A stretch of 64,000 bases of DNA from a virus (lineage: Duplodnaviria > Caudoviricetes). Location: IMG/VR virus record IMGVR_UViG_3300037067_009382, positions 26,409 to 90,408 of that record, one strand, 5' to 3'. The translations under genes were made by a program, and so were the position numbers. The notes beneath the pieces were generated by a model. That model was not told the origin of the DNA, ran no database searches, and saw only the letters and a program-made list of their open reading frames with translations. Below are positions 52,318 through 61,603 of the stretch, in pieces (within the stretch, counting starts at the first letter, position 1; the number at the start of each line of letters is the position of its first letter).

Positions 52318-52523
52318 TGCTCCTTATACTTCAGTTGAGCGACCCATGCACTAGAGTTCGTCCATGTGATTGTTCCGTGGACAAAGAGCCTACCCAGATG
52401 CTGTTGCATCCAGTGGGAGTGCTCTATCTCGTCGCACAGCTCCTTCATTGTGTTACCTTTCGCTTCAACAATCAACTCTTTTCCCACTTCGAGCCTCCTT
52501 ATAAAATACGAGTGGACCCCCAC
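52314..52523 (-). CDS. Hypothetical protein
   Basis: 69 aa, GTG start. Confidence 0.45.
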   Translation of the reverse strand: MGVHSYFIRRLEVGKELIVEAKGNTMKELCDEIEHSHWMQQHLGRLFVHGTITWTNSSAWVAQLKYKEQ

Positions 52524-52545
52524 GGAGGTAGGGATCCACTCTTGA

Positions 52546-52595
52546 GGGACTTACGCCTTTCGGCGTCCGTTACGAGAGGGCAAGTCCCATAACGG
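52546..52595 (-). ncRNA. Candidate compact pseudoknot with GAAA hairpin
   Basis: CCGUUA/UAACGG crosses GGGACUU/AAGUCCC, with ACGCC-GAAA-GGCGU nested. Confidence 0.4.
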
Positions 52596-52769
52596 CTATT
52601 TGTGTGGTGACTTCGTTTCAAAGATCCTACCGTTCATAATCGTGAACGCGTAGCCTTTCTTATCGTGGCCGTCCATCCACTCCTTCGTTTCTGGAGTAGA
52701 TGCCCAGTCACCTAAGCGTTTACATATCTCGCAATTCTTTGCGTCGTGTTCTTTATTCTCACCAACCAT
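52596..52769 (-). CDS. Small hypothetical protein (57 aa)
   Basis: Hand-translated MVGENKEHDAKNCEICKRL...; TATAAT and GGAGG upstream. Confidence 0.6.
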   Translation of the reverse strand: MVGENKEHDAKNCEICKRLGDWASTPETKEWMDGHDKKGYAFTIMNGRIFETKSPHK

Positions 52770-52795
52770 ATTCGATCCTCCAATATATTATACCA

Positions 52796-53629
52796 CTACG
52801 AGTCGATTTGCTTCGAAGGTCTAACCAAAGACACTCTATTTCCAGCGCGGTTACCTTCAGTGTATCCTCCACCGTAGTAGCTAATCTCTGGCCCAGTGTG
52901 GTTTTTGATCTTCGGATATTTTTCGTCCATCCACTCTTTGATCGCTGTCTCCGTGACGACTACCAGTGCAGTACTCTTCTCGGTTGACTTCTTAAGGTTC
53001 ATCCACTGCTCGTACAGCCGAGAGTTAACCCGGTCGACTAACCCGTGAAGGAAGTTGTTCTTCCATCGCATCGGGTGCTCTAGCATTCCACCTTCGCGTG
53101 CTAGTGTATGAAGTTCCATTGACTCGCCCAGACCCAATTCCTGATGGATTCTCTGAAGGTTGTGAAACTTCTTGCTTAGCTCCTGGTAGCGCTTTGACTT
53201 TACCTTGAACTTCTCCGTCTCCTCTTTCGCGATTTTCTCCGCCTCCTCGAGGATCCAGATGTATAACTCCTTAACGACTTCGACGTCCTGTTTGCGTCCT
53301 ACGAACGAAACGTGATTGTATCCTACCAACCCCTTGCAGAAGTTGTATTCGGCTACACCGAATGCTAGGGTGAACTTCCACTCCTTTGGCTGGTTGTATC
53401 CCTGATCCGGAAGGTGCATTGTATCCTTCTCGATCTTGCTTGCGCCCTTGTCTGGTAGGTCGTAATCTTGTACGTCGACCATCTCCAGGTTGTGCTCGAA
53501 CATGAGCTTTTGAGCGTGTTGCATGAACAGTTGTGCTTCCGCTTCGGTTGCACCGTTCTCGACTGTGTGGGCCATGAGCTTCTTGATGAGCTCCAGAATC
53601 GTCTCTTTGCCGTTAGTGTTAGTGGTCAT
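52796..53629 (-). CDS. DUF2786 family protein
   Basis: ILELIKKLMA...GATEAEAQLFMQHAQKLMFEHNL; F.GRKQDVEV; NNFLHG. Confidence 0.8.
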   Translation of the reverse strand: MTTNTNGKETILELIKKLMAHTVENGATEAEAQLFMQHAQKLMFEHNLEMVDVQDYDLPDKGASKIEKDTMHLPDQGYNQPKEWKFTLAFGVAEYNFCKGLVGYNHVSFVGRKQDVEVVKELYIWILEEAEKIAKEETEKFKVKSKRYQELSKKFHNLQRIHQELGLGESMELHTLAREGGMLEHPMRWKNNFLHGLVDRVNSRLYEQWMNLKKSTEKSTALVVVTETAIKEWMDEKYPKIKNHTGPEISYYGGGYTEGNRAGNRVSLVRPSKQIDS

Positions 53630-53637
53630 CGATTTCC

Positions 53638-53693
53638 CTCCGTATTACTTGTCCTTCTATTATTATAATAAGGGAAAACGGTGAGAATATCAA
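53638..53693 (-). promoter_or_regulatory. Early promoter cassette, copy 4
   Basis: TTGATA-17-TATTAT; the -35 box supplies the upstream TGA. Confidence 0.85.
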
Positions 53694-55413
53694 TGGGCAC
53701 CATTCTCGTTAATCGTCGGCTGGAATTGTGCAACGAAGTCGATCACTTCCGGAGTGACAGTCGTCTTAGTCTTCGCCACATGCAGAACAGCGAGCTTCAG
53801 CAGTTGCTTGATATCTCGACCTGCTAGTTTCGGATGACGCTTTACGATCTCCTGGATCGTTGCTCTCGTAAGCGGCACGTTATTGAGTTCGGTCAGCACG
53901 TACCAGATCTTCAGTTGGTCGTCTTCGCTCGGACATTATAGTTGACGCGTGCGATACAACGACTAATCAACGCATCGTCAACCTCGTTAGCTCTATTGGT
54001 TGTCAAGAACAGAATCGACGTCTGGTATTCCAATACCCTGAGGAATGATGCAACGATGGCGTTGTGTTCCATATTCCGATCCCTGGTCTGGATGTAAACA
54101 TCCGCTTCATCGATTAGTGCAATGGCTCCCCACCTACTCGCCCTCGATAGGAATTGCGTGAGGTTCTTCTCAACGGAGTCGGCACTGATTCCCAATTGGG
54201 CTGCCTGGATGGAGTATAGAGGTTTCTCGCTCGCTTCGGCAAACACTTCAGCGGTTAGGGTTTTACCTACGCCGGGAGGTCCACCTAGCAGAACAGTGAC
54301 GCCCATTCCCTTACCCTCGATGATGTCATCGAAGCCGGTTCGGCTTTGAGCAATTAAGGTACCCACCAAATCCTTCGTCTTTTGGGGCAGTATCAATTTC
54401 TCATCCATATGGGTATCATATACGTATCGGGTTAGGAAGTTAACGTGAAGACGTAACCTGGTGTGTAATCTGAGGGCGAAGGTCATCACGAATGGATGAA
54501 CGGGTATCTCTATCTTCGCAGACATCTCGGTTGCGTCACCCTTATCGGTTACCAAATCCTCTTCACTCTTGTCGCCCTCAGTTGCTTTAATTCCCTCGGG
54601 TGTAGCCCTACTCCAGAAGAATTGGTAAATCTTCGCGTCTCGATCTCCGCGACCACTACTGGATTCGCTAAAGACGTCAATCACAACTTTCTCACCATTC
54701 AGCATTCGGCGGTTGCCAAATCTGTTGTAGCGGTCCGAATCGTAGTCGGCAATTCCCGAACCCTTAGCGGTATACTGAATACCGACCTGAGGAGCTATCT
54801 CGTTAAACTTCGCAACCTCGGCCAGGTATGCTTTACGCAGTTCGGGCGTTTCGACAAAGTAACCCGATCTCGCTAACGACTCGGATGCATTCTGCCCAAG
54901 GCAGTTTTCGGCTAGGAATCTTACTGACGCCGCTTGTCTCCCCCCGAACTCGTTGTACAGGAGTTGCAGTTCAGTCTCGGGCGGACGATAGTTATCGCTA
55001 CGACTTTCCTCTTCGTGGAAGATAACCTGATTAACGTAGTACGCGATATAGGTCTTCCCGTCTACATCTTCGAGCTGTTTGTAAATGCGGTGTCCAGGAA
55101 CGCGCCTCAGGTATTCTGTCAACAGTGAGGCGAATTGCTTAACCGAGCGTGGTCTCTGTTTTCCAGCATCGCCCATCGCTCTTTTCCAGAGATCGATGTC
55201 CTGTACCAGAACGGCCGCTCCCTTGAGCTTTCGCTCAGCGAGGGCTACTAACTCACTCCGAATGAATTCGGTCTGGTCTGTGGTAAGCTTCGCGAGGCTG
55301 AGGTGGAAGTCATCATCCATGCGGTAGCCACGCGTGTTCCACTCGATGCCTACTTTGCGGAGTTTCTCCTCACCTATCTTCTCAGCGAGCTCCTTCGTGA
55401 TCTTGATGTCCAT
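53690..55413 (-). CDS. AAA+ ATPase, interrupted by a one-base frameshift at about 53931
   Basis: GPPGVGKT, LIDEADV, LTTNR, DDALISR in 53911..55413; the lid region (PSEDDQLKIW...GRDIKQLLK) continues in the -1 frame to 53690. Confidence 0.85.
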
Positions 55414-55802
55414 TAGGCTTTCTTGCCCTCCTGTATTTTCGTCAGCTCGGTAGCCAACTCTGCTTCCCGAGCGAGCATCCTTTTCTGGTCGTCAGCAATT
55501 TCCTTCAACGCCTTCTCGTACTCCTTCTTGGCGTAGGCATTTCTGGATGGAATTGCTTCCAGTTGTTTCCGTATCGTTTCGAGGTCTCTGTCAACGAAGT
55601 ATTTCCGTTCGGCGTAGACTGAATATCCACCACCGCTATGTCCTCTGCTCAATGGATCACTGGGGATGTAGCAGACCACTGCCTTGTAGCCCTTCTTCGT
55701 AAACTCGGCATCTCTCCGAGCCATTACCTCGTCCTTGTGATACGAGTGATCGTAGATCCCAGTGAATTCATATCCCTGTGCGCGTGCTTGTGCTTCGTTC
55801 AT
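55413..55802 (-). CDS. Hypothetical protein with C-terminal coiled coil
   Basis: 129 aa behind cassette copy 5. Confidence 0.65.
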   Translation of the reverse strand: MNEAQARAQGYEFTGIYDHSYHKDEVMARRDAEFTKKGYKAVVCYIPSDPLSRGHSGGGYSVYAERKYFVDRDLETIRKQLEAIPSRNAYAKKEYEKALKEIADDQKRMLAREAELATELTKIQEGKKA

Positions 55803-55809
55803 TTCGTTC

Positions 55810-55870
55810 CTCCGTTTTCTCTACTGTGCCCTTCTATTATTATAATAAGGGAAAACGGTGAGAATATCAA
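55810..55870 (-). promoter_or_regulatory. Early promoter cassette, copy 5
   Basis: Full consensus with intact dyad; the -35 box supplies the upstream TGA. Confidence 0.85.
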
Positions 55871-56088
55871 TGGCCGTTACCTCTCTGGCTATCCTTGTAG
55901 CGTACCTCTCTGATGCGGTCACTGATCTTGCTATTCTCGTCTCTCAGGCGGTTACATTGTTCACAGTGACATGGCGTTCCCCGAGCCATCCTCAGATCGT
56001 GGTAACCAATCAAATTGGAGCGTTCCTTGTACTCCCTGTCGAGAAAGTCTATGCTTCGCATGCGAAGCACTATTTCGATTGGTTGCAT
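55867..56088 (-). CDS. Hypothetical protein
   Basis: 73 aa, GGAGG RBS, CHCEQC. Confidence 0.6.
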   Translation of the reverse strand: MQPIEIVLRMRSIDFLDREYKERSNLIGYHDLRMARGTPCHCEQCNRLRDENSKISDRIREVRYKDSQRGNGH

Positions 56089-56323
56089 GTATTTCCCTCC
56101 GTGTTAAAACGGTTAAATTCCCGTGGATCTTATGTCCCCTGGATATATTATACGTGCGTAAACGACCTAGTAGCTCGTATTGTAGGTCTCTTGCCTCGCG
56201 TCGGTTGGATACACGTTCCTCAAGTGGTTCACGGATGCCCAATATCATACAGAACTTCGTGATCGTCCTTATCTGTCCTGGCGTGGGTCTCAGCTCGATT
56301 GAGGATCCAGCTTTATACAGCAC
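55961..56323 (-). CDS. Hypothetical protein (3' end overlaps the next gene)
   Basis: 120 aa ORF; only the N-terminal ~60 aa look protein-like. Confidence 0.45.
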   Translation of the reverse strand: MLYKAGSSIELRPTPGQIRTITKFCMILGIREPLEERVSNRREARDLQYELLGRLRTYNISRGHKIHGNLTVLTRREIHATNRNSASHAKHRLSRQGVQGTLQFDWLPRSEDGSGNAMSL

Positions 56324-56555
56324 CGGTTGCTACGTCCTTCTTGCGATACCAGAGAACCCATTCCTTACCTTGCCACGGGTACTCAGGCTCTCGTGAGATC
56401 TTGCAATCGAACCCGTATGGTGTGCCCCACTTCTTCGATCCTTCTATGGCATCGGTCTCTGTCTCAAACCACTCACCCGCTTTGAATTTCTTCCCATCGA
56501 AGTCCTTCCTGAGGATGTGGCTCTTCGCTTCCTTGTAGGGTTTTGAATCCCCCAT
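56313..56555 (-). CDS. Hypothetical protein
   Basis: 80 aa, stop/start coupled. Confidence 0.6.
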   Translation of the reverse strand: MGDSKPYKEAKSHILRKDFDGKKFKAGEWFETETDAIEGSKKWGTPYGFDCKISREPEYPWQGKEWVLWYRKKDVATGAV

Positions 56556-56983
56556 TAAATATTGCCTCCCGCTTTAATTTGGATGACCCACATGCAAGCG
56601 AGAATGTCTTTGACCAGTTTTGTGAAGTCGGCATAATCGCTATCGACTATCATAGCCCAGCTGGTGTTCTTGTCTGGGCTGACTAATATCTTTCCTGCAG
56701 TCTGAAAAGTAAGTGTGAAGTTCGGGGTATCGAAGTCGCCCTTCAACTCGAGCACCGGTTTGTCTTTGCTCCAGAAGAAGCCATCGAAGCAGAACTGTTT
56801 CGTCAGTTCTGGTTTGGTCTGTGCAATGAGTTCGTTGACGAACTCTCTGCGGTTAGCATCGCGAATCATCTTTCTGCCCTCGAGGTGATTGCAAGCGTCA
56901 GTGTGGTCTCTGTATCCACCCGCTTGTGCGATTTTGTCTTCGAATGCCCTTATCGATTTGGCTGTCCCCATGTACGTTTTCAT
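56555..56983 (-). CDS. Hypothetical protein
   Basis: 142 aa behind cassette copy 6. Confidence 0.65.
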   Translation of the reverse strand: MKTYMGTAKSIRAFEDKIAQAGGYRDHTDACNHLEGRKMIRDANRREFVNELIAQTKPELTKQFCFDGFFWSKDKPVLELKGDFDTPNFTLTFQTAGKILVSPDKNTSWAMIVDSDYADFTKLVKDILACMWVIQIKAGGNI

Positions 56984-56990
56984 TTCGTTC

Positions 56991-57051
56991 CTCCGTTTTC
57001 TCTACTGTGCCCTTCTATTATTATAATAAGGGAAAACGGTGAGAATATCAA
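56991..57051 (-). promoter_or_regulatory. Early promoter cassette, copy 6
   Basis: Full consensus with intact dyad; the -35 box supplies the upstream TGA. Confidence 0.85.
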
Positions 57052-57320
57052 GCTGTACGGCGGACAACCATTACCTTATCGCACTCGTGGTAGTACTCAA
57101 TCGTCCATCCTGAAGCACGTAGACGTTTGATCTCGATCGCTAGGGAACAGTTGCGATGCCCATTTGCGGTCAGGCAACCCACATCGTCGTGAGTTATGCG
57201 TTTGCACTCTCCTACCTTCAGATCGCGCAACGCTCGTGTGCTATCGGACATACGTCCACCACGTCCCTTAGGCATGTTCCACTCGGCGTCTTCTACCTTC
57301 ACAGCATCACCTTTAGACAT
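57048..57320 (-). CDS. Hypothetical protein
   Basis: 90 aa. Confidence 0.6.
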   Translation of the reverse strand: MSKGDAVKVEDAEWNMPKGRGGRMSDSTRALRDLKVGECKRITHDDVGCLTANGHRNCSLAIEIKRLRASGWTIEYYHECDKVMVVRRTA

Positions 57321-57724
57321 TGCTCGTTCAGCTTCTTCAAGGCCTCCCTCTGTTCATCATTCATCGCGTATGCAACAAGTGCAACTCCGATCGCCTCTTC
57401 GCGCTGCTTCATATTCGGAACGCACCAGAAGCTAGGTTTGAATTCCTCGATGATCACTTTGCGAAGCTCAGTGTAGCCCATTCCCTTCGCCTTAAGAGCG
57501 TTAATGCGTACTTCCATTTCCTGTATCATTATCAGCTGGGTATTGCTCAGCTTGTTATCAGCCATAGGACACCACCTCTTCAAATCTTCTTTCAATCTCG
57601 GGTCGTTTCTTGCTTGCTCTTCCCGAGCAGATTGAATCGGCGACTTTCCGTACGACCCATCGGCGTTCTGATGAACATTGGATGCTATCGAGCGAATCTC
57701 TTCTTCTTCGTCTCGTGGTGTCAT
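57299..57724 (-). CDS. Hypothetical protein
   Basis: 141 aa, ATGA coupling. Confidence 0.6.
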   Translation of the reverse strand: MTPRDEEEEIRSIASNVHQNADGSYGKSPIQSAREEQARNDPRLKEDLKRWCPMADNKLSNTQLIMIQEMEVRINALKAKGMGYTELRKVIIEEFKPSFWCVPNMKQREEAIGVALVAYAMNDEQREALKKLNEQCLKVML

Positions 57725-58044
57725 TTTGTCATCTTCTCCAGTCGCCTCATTGCGGCGTTCATTAGGGTAATCGAAGCTACCAGGTGATCTAGGTTTTCTC
57801 TGTCGTTAGCATAAGCAGGTGTCTGCATGCGTGCATTTATGATCGCTGTATTCAGTTCCGCCCTAATCATCCCGATCGGGTTGGGCTTAACTTCCTGGGG
57901 TGGTGTAACTGTGTTACGGTTAACCCAGAACCCGTCACCTCCAGGATAGTTAGTATCGATCTTGATATCGGAGTCACCCAAGTCCTCGGTGACCATTGCA
58001 TTCTCGCCCCTGTACTTTACGACTTTGCCCTTGAGGTTTTCCAC
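57721..58044 (-). CDS. Hypothetical protein
   Basis: Start moved to GTG 58044 (TAGTG coupling, GGAGG RBS). Confidence 0.55.
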   Translation of the reverse strand: MENLKGKVVKYRGENAMVTEDLGDSDIKIDTNYPGGDGFWVNRNTVTPPQEVKPNPIGMIRAELNTAIINARMQTPAYANDRENLDHLVASITLMNAAMRRLEKMTK

Positions 58045-58427
58045 TAAGACACCTCCCAGTTCAGCTTCGTGACCTTCCATCCGGTGTTAGAGCAAAGGAA
58101 TAAGGTTCCATCGATGTCTACCATATCCCCTACCATCATTGACGTGTGTAACTTCCGCTGGCGAATGACTTCTTGCTGAATGGGTGTTGCCAGAGGATTG
58201 TCACGACCACTGTCCGGTCCGTTGAAGATGGCGAAGATGTCATCGGGGCAAGTGACATCGGTTCTCTCACCCTTCCAAACGATCTCGTAGTTCTCCATCA
58301 GGTCGGTGAAGGTGGGTGTGATCATTCCGAATTGGATATCCACTATACGCTCATTTCTCGTTTGTGTCTTCTCGTCGAATGACCGTTTCATGTAAAAGAC
58401 TGCGACCGTTACTTTTCTGGTTTCCAT
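58044..58427 (-). CDS. YodL-like domain protein
   Basis: DDIFAIFN...HTSMMVGDMVDIDGTLFLCSNTGWK. Confidence 0.6.
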   Translation of the reverse strand: METRKVTVAVFYMKRSFDEKTQTRNERIVDIQFGMITPTFTDLMENYEIVWKGERTDVTCPDDIFAIFNGPDSGRDNPLATPIQQEVIRQRKLHTSMMVGDMVDIDGTLFLCSNTGWKVTKLNWEVS

Positions 58428-58434
58428 TGCGTTC

Positions 58435-58494
58435 CTCCGTATGCCCTATTTTGTTCTACATTATAATTATACGGTGAAACGGTGGTAATATCAA
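58435..58494 (-). promoter_or_regulatory. Early promoter cassette, copy 7 (divergent)
   Basis: TTGATA-17-TATAAT, CACCGTTT core, CGGAGG RBS. Confidence 0.75.
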
Positions 58495-58501
58495 GTCCAG
58501 G

Positions 58502-59074
58502 CTACTCCTCAATCATCTCCATCAACATCCCAAGATAGAAAAGAGTACGTGGGCGATAGCTCATTACGTCGGCACTCACATTGACGTGCTTATGCTTCAA
58601 ATCCAGGAACGGTCGATTGTTATGCACGTGTCCATGAATAGCCCACCCTTTCCAATTGCGTGGGATACTATCGGGCTCGTGGCATACGTAAATCAGATTA
58701 TTCCCGTACTTCACGATAACGGCATCGGACACGAACAATACTCGATCGAGTACTGAGGTAGGCCTTATGCCTTGATCGTGACTGCCCTTGATGTAAATCT
58801 TATTCCCGTTCAGTTGAGTAAGCCACCAACGTGCTGGGCGTGCGCCTCTCCCGAAGGACATGTCACCAACGAATATTACTGTATCGTCGGGCTTGACATT
58901 GTTGTTCCAATTGTTAAGCAACGTGGTATTCATTTCGAGGGCCGTCTTAAAAGGCCTACCGCAATACTGAATGATGTTGGTGTGGTCGAAGTGTGGATCG
59001 GAAATGAACCAGGTATGGTGTAAGTGTCCTTCCGTTACTTCGTACGTGGGTGTTTTTCCGTTCGCGTGACTCAT
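58502..59074 (-). CDS. Calcineurin-like metallophosphoesterase
   Basis: FISDPHFDH, FVGD, GSHD, CHEP, HGHVH. Confidence 0.88.
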   Translation of the reverse strand: MSHANGKTPTYEVTEGHLHHTWFISDPHFDHTNIIQYCGRPFKTALEMNTTLLNNWNNNVKPDDTVIFVGDMSFGRGARPARWWLTQLNGNKIYIKGSHDQGIRPTSVLDRVLFVSDAVIVKYGNNLIYVCHEPDSIPRNWKGWAIHGHVHNNRPFLDLKHKHVNVSADVMSYRPRTLFYLGMLMEMIEE

Positions 59075-59283
59075 CTTTTACGTTTTCTCTCCATCTCGCA
59101 TTCACAGGGTTCCTTCCAGGCAAAGTCGTCTGAGTAAGAATCGTCACAGAAGATTGCCTTCTTATGAAATATACCACAGCGCGGACACAAGTAGTACGCG
59201 AACATGTGATACGCTAACGAGCATACAAAGCTCAGAGCGAATAGCATTACTACCCCTATTGTAATTGCATACCAGAGTGGCAT
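59071..59283 (-). CDS. Small membrane protein with Cys motifs
   Basis: Start moved to ATG 59283 (MPLWY) behind AAGGAGG; one TM helix then CPRC. Confidence 0.55.
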   Translation of the reverse strand: MPLWYAITIGVVMLFALSFVCSLAYHMFAYYLCPRCGIFHKKAIFCDDSYSDDFAWKEPCECEMERKRKR

Positions 59284-59293
59284 TTCGACCTCC

Positions 59294-59557
59294 TTAAGAC
59301 CCGTTCGGGAAGCGCCATCGTCCCTTGTGCTTTGCGTCCCGATAAGGGTGCTTTCGTTCATTATATTTTGGTATCCGATCCGCTTCGACTAACTTGCTTA
59401 TCTCGACTGAAGTTAGCTCGAACGTCTTCTTGGCAACTATATCTGACTCGCACGCGATCACTACCTCGACACCCTTCTCTGATGCAAGTGTGCGGATAGC
59501 CTTCAGTGCGGCTTGGTCTGGATTTCCTATGATCAGGATCTTCTGCTTCTCTTCCAC
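59294..59557 (-). CDS. Hypothetical protein
   Basis: GTG start coupled to the upstream TAG. Confidence 0.5.
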   Translation of the reverse strand: MEEKQKILIIGNPDQAALKAIRTLASEKGVEVVIACESDIVAKKTFELTSVEISKLVEADRIPKYNERKHPYRDAKHKGRWRFPNGS

Positions 59558-59997
59558 TACCACGTCCCCTTCGTGGGCGCCATCTGGATGATGAACTGTG
59601 GGCACCCGTCAACCATTATCAGCTGATTTCGTAGGCGCCATCTATCCGTTGGCGTACAATCTACCTCCAGGCCAAAGTCATAACGCTTCTGGATAGTGGG
59701 TTTCGTAGCGAATTGATTTTGCCACAGTTGGTTAAGGCGTTCGGTAAATAGCGGTAGCGACATTCCTACACGCTTCATCACCTTATGCAGTGAGCACCAG
59801 TAGATGTGCTCTTCCGACTGAACCTGTCTATAGGCCTCCCACAGAGCCGACTCGAAGACTCGAAGTTTGACGGCCAAGTCATTAGGGATCAATTGGTCTT
59901 GAGACGCTTGTATCCCCAGGCTTGATTCTGATAGGTGTTGCTGTATCGAGGAAGCGATATTTCCCTCTCCACTCGTGCTTGTCGGTTGTGTATCCAT
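59557..59997 (-). CDS. Hypothetical protein (possibly the 3' half of a frameshifted gene)
   Basis: No clear RBS; overlaps 59882..60145 by 116 nt. Confidence 0.5.
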   Translation of the reverse strand: MDTQPTSTSGEGNIASSIQQHLSESSLGIQASQDQLIPNDLAVKLRVFESALWEAYRQVQSEEHIYWCSLHKVMKRVGMSLPLFTERLNQLWQNQFATKPTIQKRYDFGLEVDCTPTDRWRLRNQLIMVDGCPQFIIQMAPTKGTW

Positions 59998-60145
59998 CTA
60001 TCGTACTCCTGTGCTTAGCTTCGAGCTGTACTTCGCCTTTCGTTTTGTAATCGGTATCGTACCAGACGTTAAAGTGTCGATTCAGAACCTGAACGCACTT
60101 CTCTGTCTCGCGGAATTTCAATCCCCTTACGGTAAACTCAATCAT
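59882..60145 (-). CDS. Hypothetical protein
   Basis: 87 aa, GGAGG RBS. Confidence 0.6.
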   Translation of the reverse strand: MIEFTVRGLKFRETEKCVQVLNRHFNVWYDTDYKTKGEVQLEAKHRSTIDGYTTDKHEWRGKYRFLDTATPIRIKPGDTSVSRPIDP

Positions 60146-60462
60146 TACGGTGAACCTCCATGTCGTCTAAGGTGCATCATTACTTCCTCGGGCACGTCGT
60201 AATAGAGATCGTCAGAGATGCACCTCCTGTAGAAGTCCTTGTCGGATTCTGTTATCGGCCTATCACCAGTATCGATTTGGTGTGCCCTTAATCGTCGCCT
60301 CAGTTCGGGTTCTCGACAATCAACGCGAGCTACCATACAGAACTTTCTGCTCACCTGACGATAACCTCTCAAGACGAGAAGCTTCGCTACGGCCTCGGGC
60401 TCGAAGGTTTTGAGGATCGTGGCGTTAAAGTTCTCTCCCTTAACGCTAAGGTTTAGGTACAT
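60145..60462 (-). CDS. Hypothetical protein
   Basis: 105 aa. Confidence 0.55.
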   Translation of the reverse strand: MYLNLSVKGENFNATILKTFEPEAVAKLLVLRGYRQVSRKFCMVARVDCREPELRRRLRAHQIDTGDRPITESDKDFYRRCISDDLYYDVPEEVMMHLRRHGGSP

Positions 60463-60847
60463 TAGGATCCTCCTGTTTGAAGGTTACACTCATTCCACTG
60501 TAGGTTGGTGTACCGATATACACTTCGGTTCCATCTTTCTCGCAACGCCAGTTGCATCCGTGAACAGAGCCGTTTCCGCCCCCACCGGATAGCTTCATGA
60601 TCTCACCACACTTCGGACATCGTACCTGGAGTAGCAGTTCCATCAGTTCGTAGGTATTGTTGGGCGTATTAGTAATAGGTATCCCGTGAGCGATGGAGCA
60701 CTCGATTGCGCGTGTGCGGTAGTCCTTCTCTTTAACCCCGTAGGGCGTCTTCTGACCGAAGAAGTGGTTCTCCAGGGCCACGGTTGCATTGACTTCCGGG
60801 TCGGTATCAATGTTTGGTATCGTACGTTTCAGTTCGCTTATCTTCAT
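60446..60847 (-). CDS. Hypothetical protein with Zn ribbon
   Basis: RCPKCG...WRCEKDG. Confidence 0.6.
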   Translation of the reverse strand: MKISELKRTIPNIDTDPEVNATVALENHFFGQKTPYGVKEKDYRTRAIECSIAHGIPITNTPNNTYELMELLLQVRCPKCGEIMKLSGGGGNGSVHGCNWRCEKDGTEVYIGTPTYSGMSVTFKQEDPNVPKP

Positions 60848-61041
60848 ACGTTCCTCCCCAGGATCGCGCTAGCGGTCCCGTGTAGTATTCGTTCTTTCTC
60901 TTCCGGGGTTGTACAAGCGCTACAAATGCTACCGAGCTCCGCCTTTAGTGCGTCAGCACCGTAGAGGCTTCGGTTGGTTGTATGGAGTGGTTTTCCACAT
61001 CGCTTGCATTTGGTTTCCACAATGTAGATCCGTCGGCCCAT
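60844..61041 (-). CDS. Small Zn-finger protein
   Basis: CKRC...CSAC, GAGGAGG RBS. Confidence 0.6.
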   Translation of the reverse strand: MGRRIYIVETKCKRCGKPLHTTNRSLYGADALKAELGSICSACTTPEEKERILHGTASAILGRNV

Positions 61042-61116
61042 CGTTGTGCCTCCTCGACTATCATTTGGTGGGTTAGAGCGTTCCCGAAGGAACGCGCTAG
61101 CGTCATTAACGTTTCG

Positions 61117-61596
61117 TTACTGAGCATGTTCCTTATTCCACTTATCGCATTCCGCTTTGTCCTCGGCGTCTCTCTTTGCGATAATCTCTTTTCCGAGTTC
61201 TGGCATGACAGAGTCGATCCAGTTGTTTGCGGTGACCTTATCTACGATCGCGTCATTGTTCTTGATCGCAAGTCCTTCCCGATCGACGATCTTGACATTG
61301 AACCCTCTCAGTTTCGGTTCCCAAGTGATCACTGGGGTGTAGTTCAGATAGGCGTGTCCCAGATCGGTAACATCGAAGGTCGTGAGTGCTTCACCTGTAC
61401 CATTGACCTTCTCTCCCTCTCCGACTACTGCGAGTCTTTTCTGGATGAGCGAGCTGATAACTCCGCTCGCGATTTTGCCATCGAGTCCACTATGTTCGAT
61501 TGCGCTGAAGGTGTAAGTGGCTCCTCTGCCACCATCGCCATATTCACTATCGATTGCGCCCTGTAGCACTGCCCGTTCGTTCTTCGTAATGTTCAT
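61117..61596 (-). CDS. Winged-helix-like protein, paralogue of 47042..47371
   Basis: GATYTF...GVISSLIQKRL...FDVTDLG. Confidence 0.6.
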   Translation of the reverse strand: MNITKNERAVLQGAIDSEYGDGGRGATYTFSAIEHSGLDGKIASGVISSLIQKRLAVVGEGEKVNGTGEALTTFDVTDLGHAYLNYTPVITWEPKLRGFNVKIVDREGLAIKNNDAIVDKVTANNWIDSVMPELGKEIIAKRDAEDKAECDKWNKEHAQ

Positions 61597-61603
61597 CGTT
61601 GTC

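Noticed and set aside
52546-52595. Calling the pseudoknot a canonical HDV/theta ribozyme
   Set aside because: P3, P1.1 and the catalytic cytosine context do not fit the consensus; kept only as a candidate.
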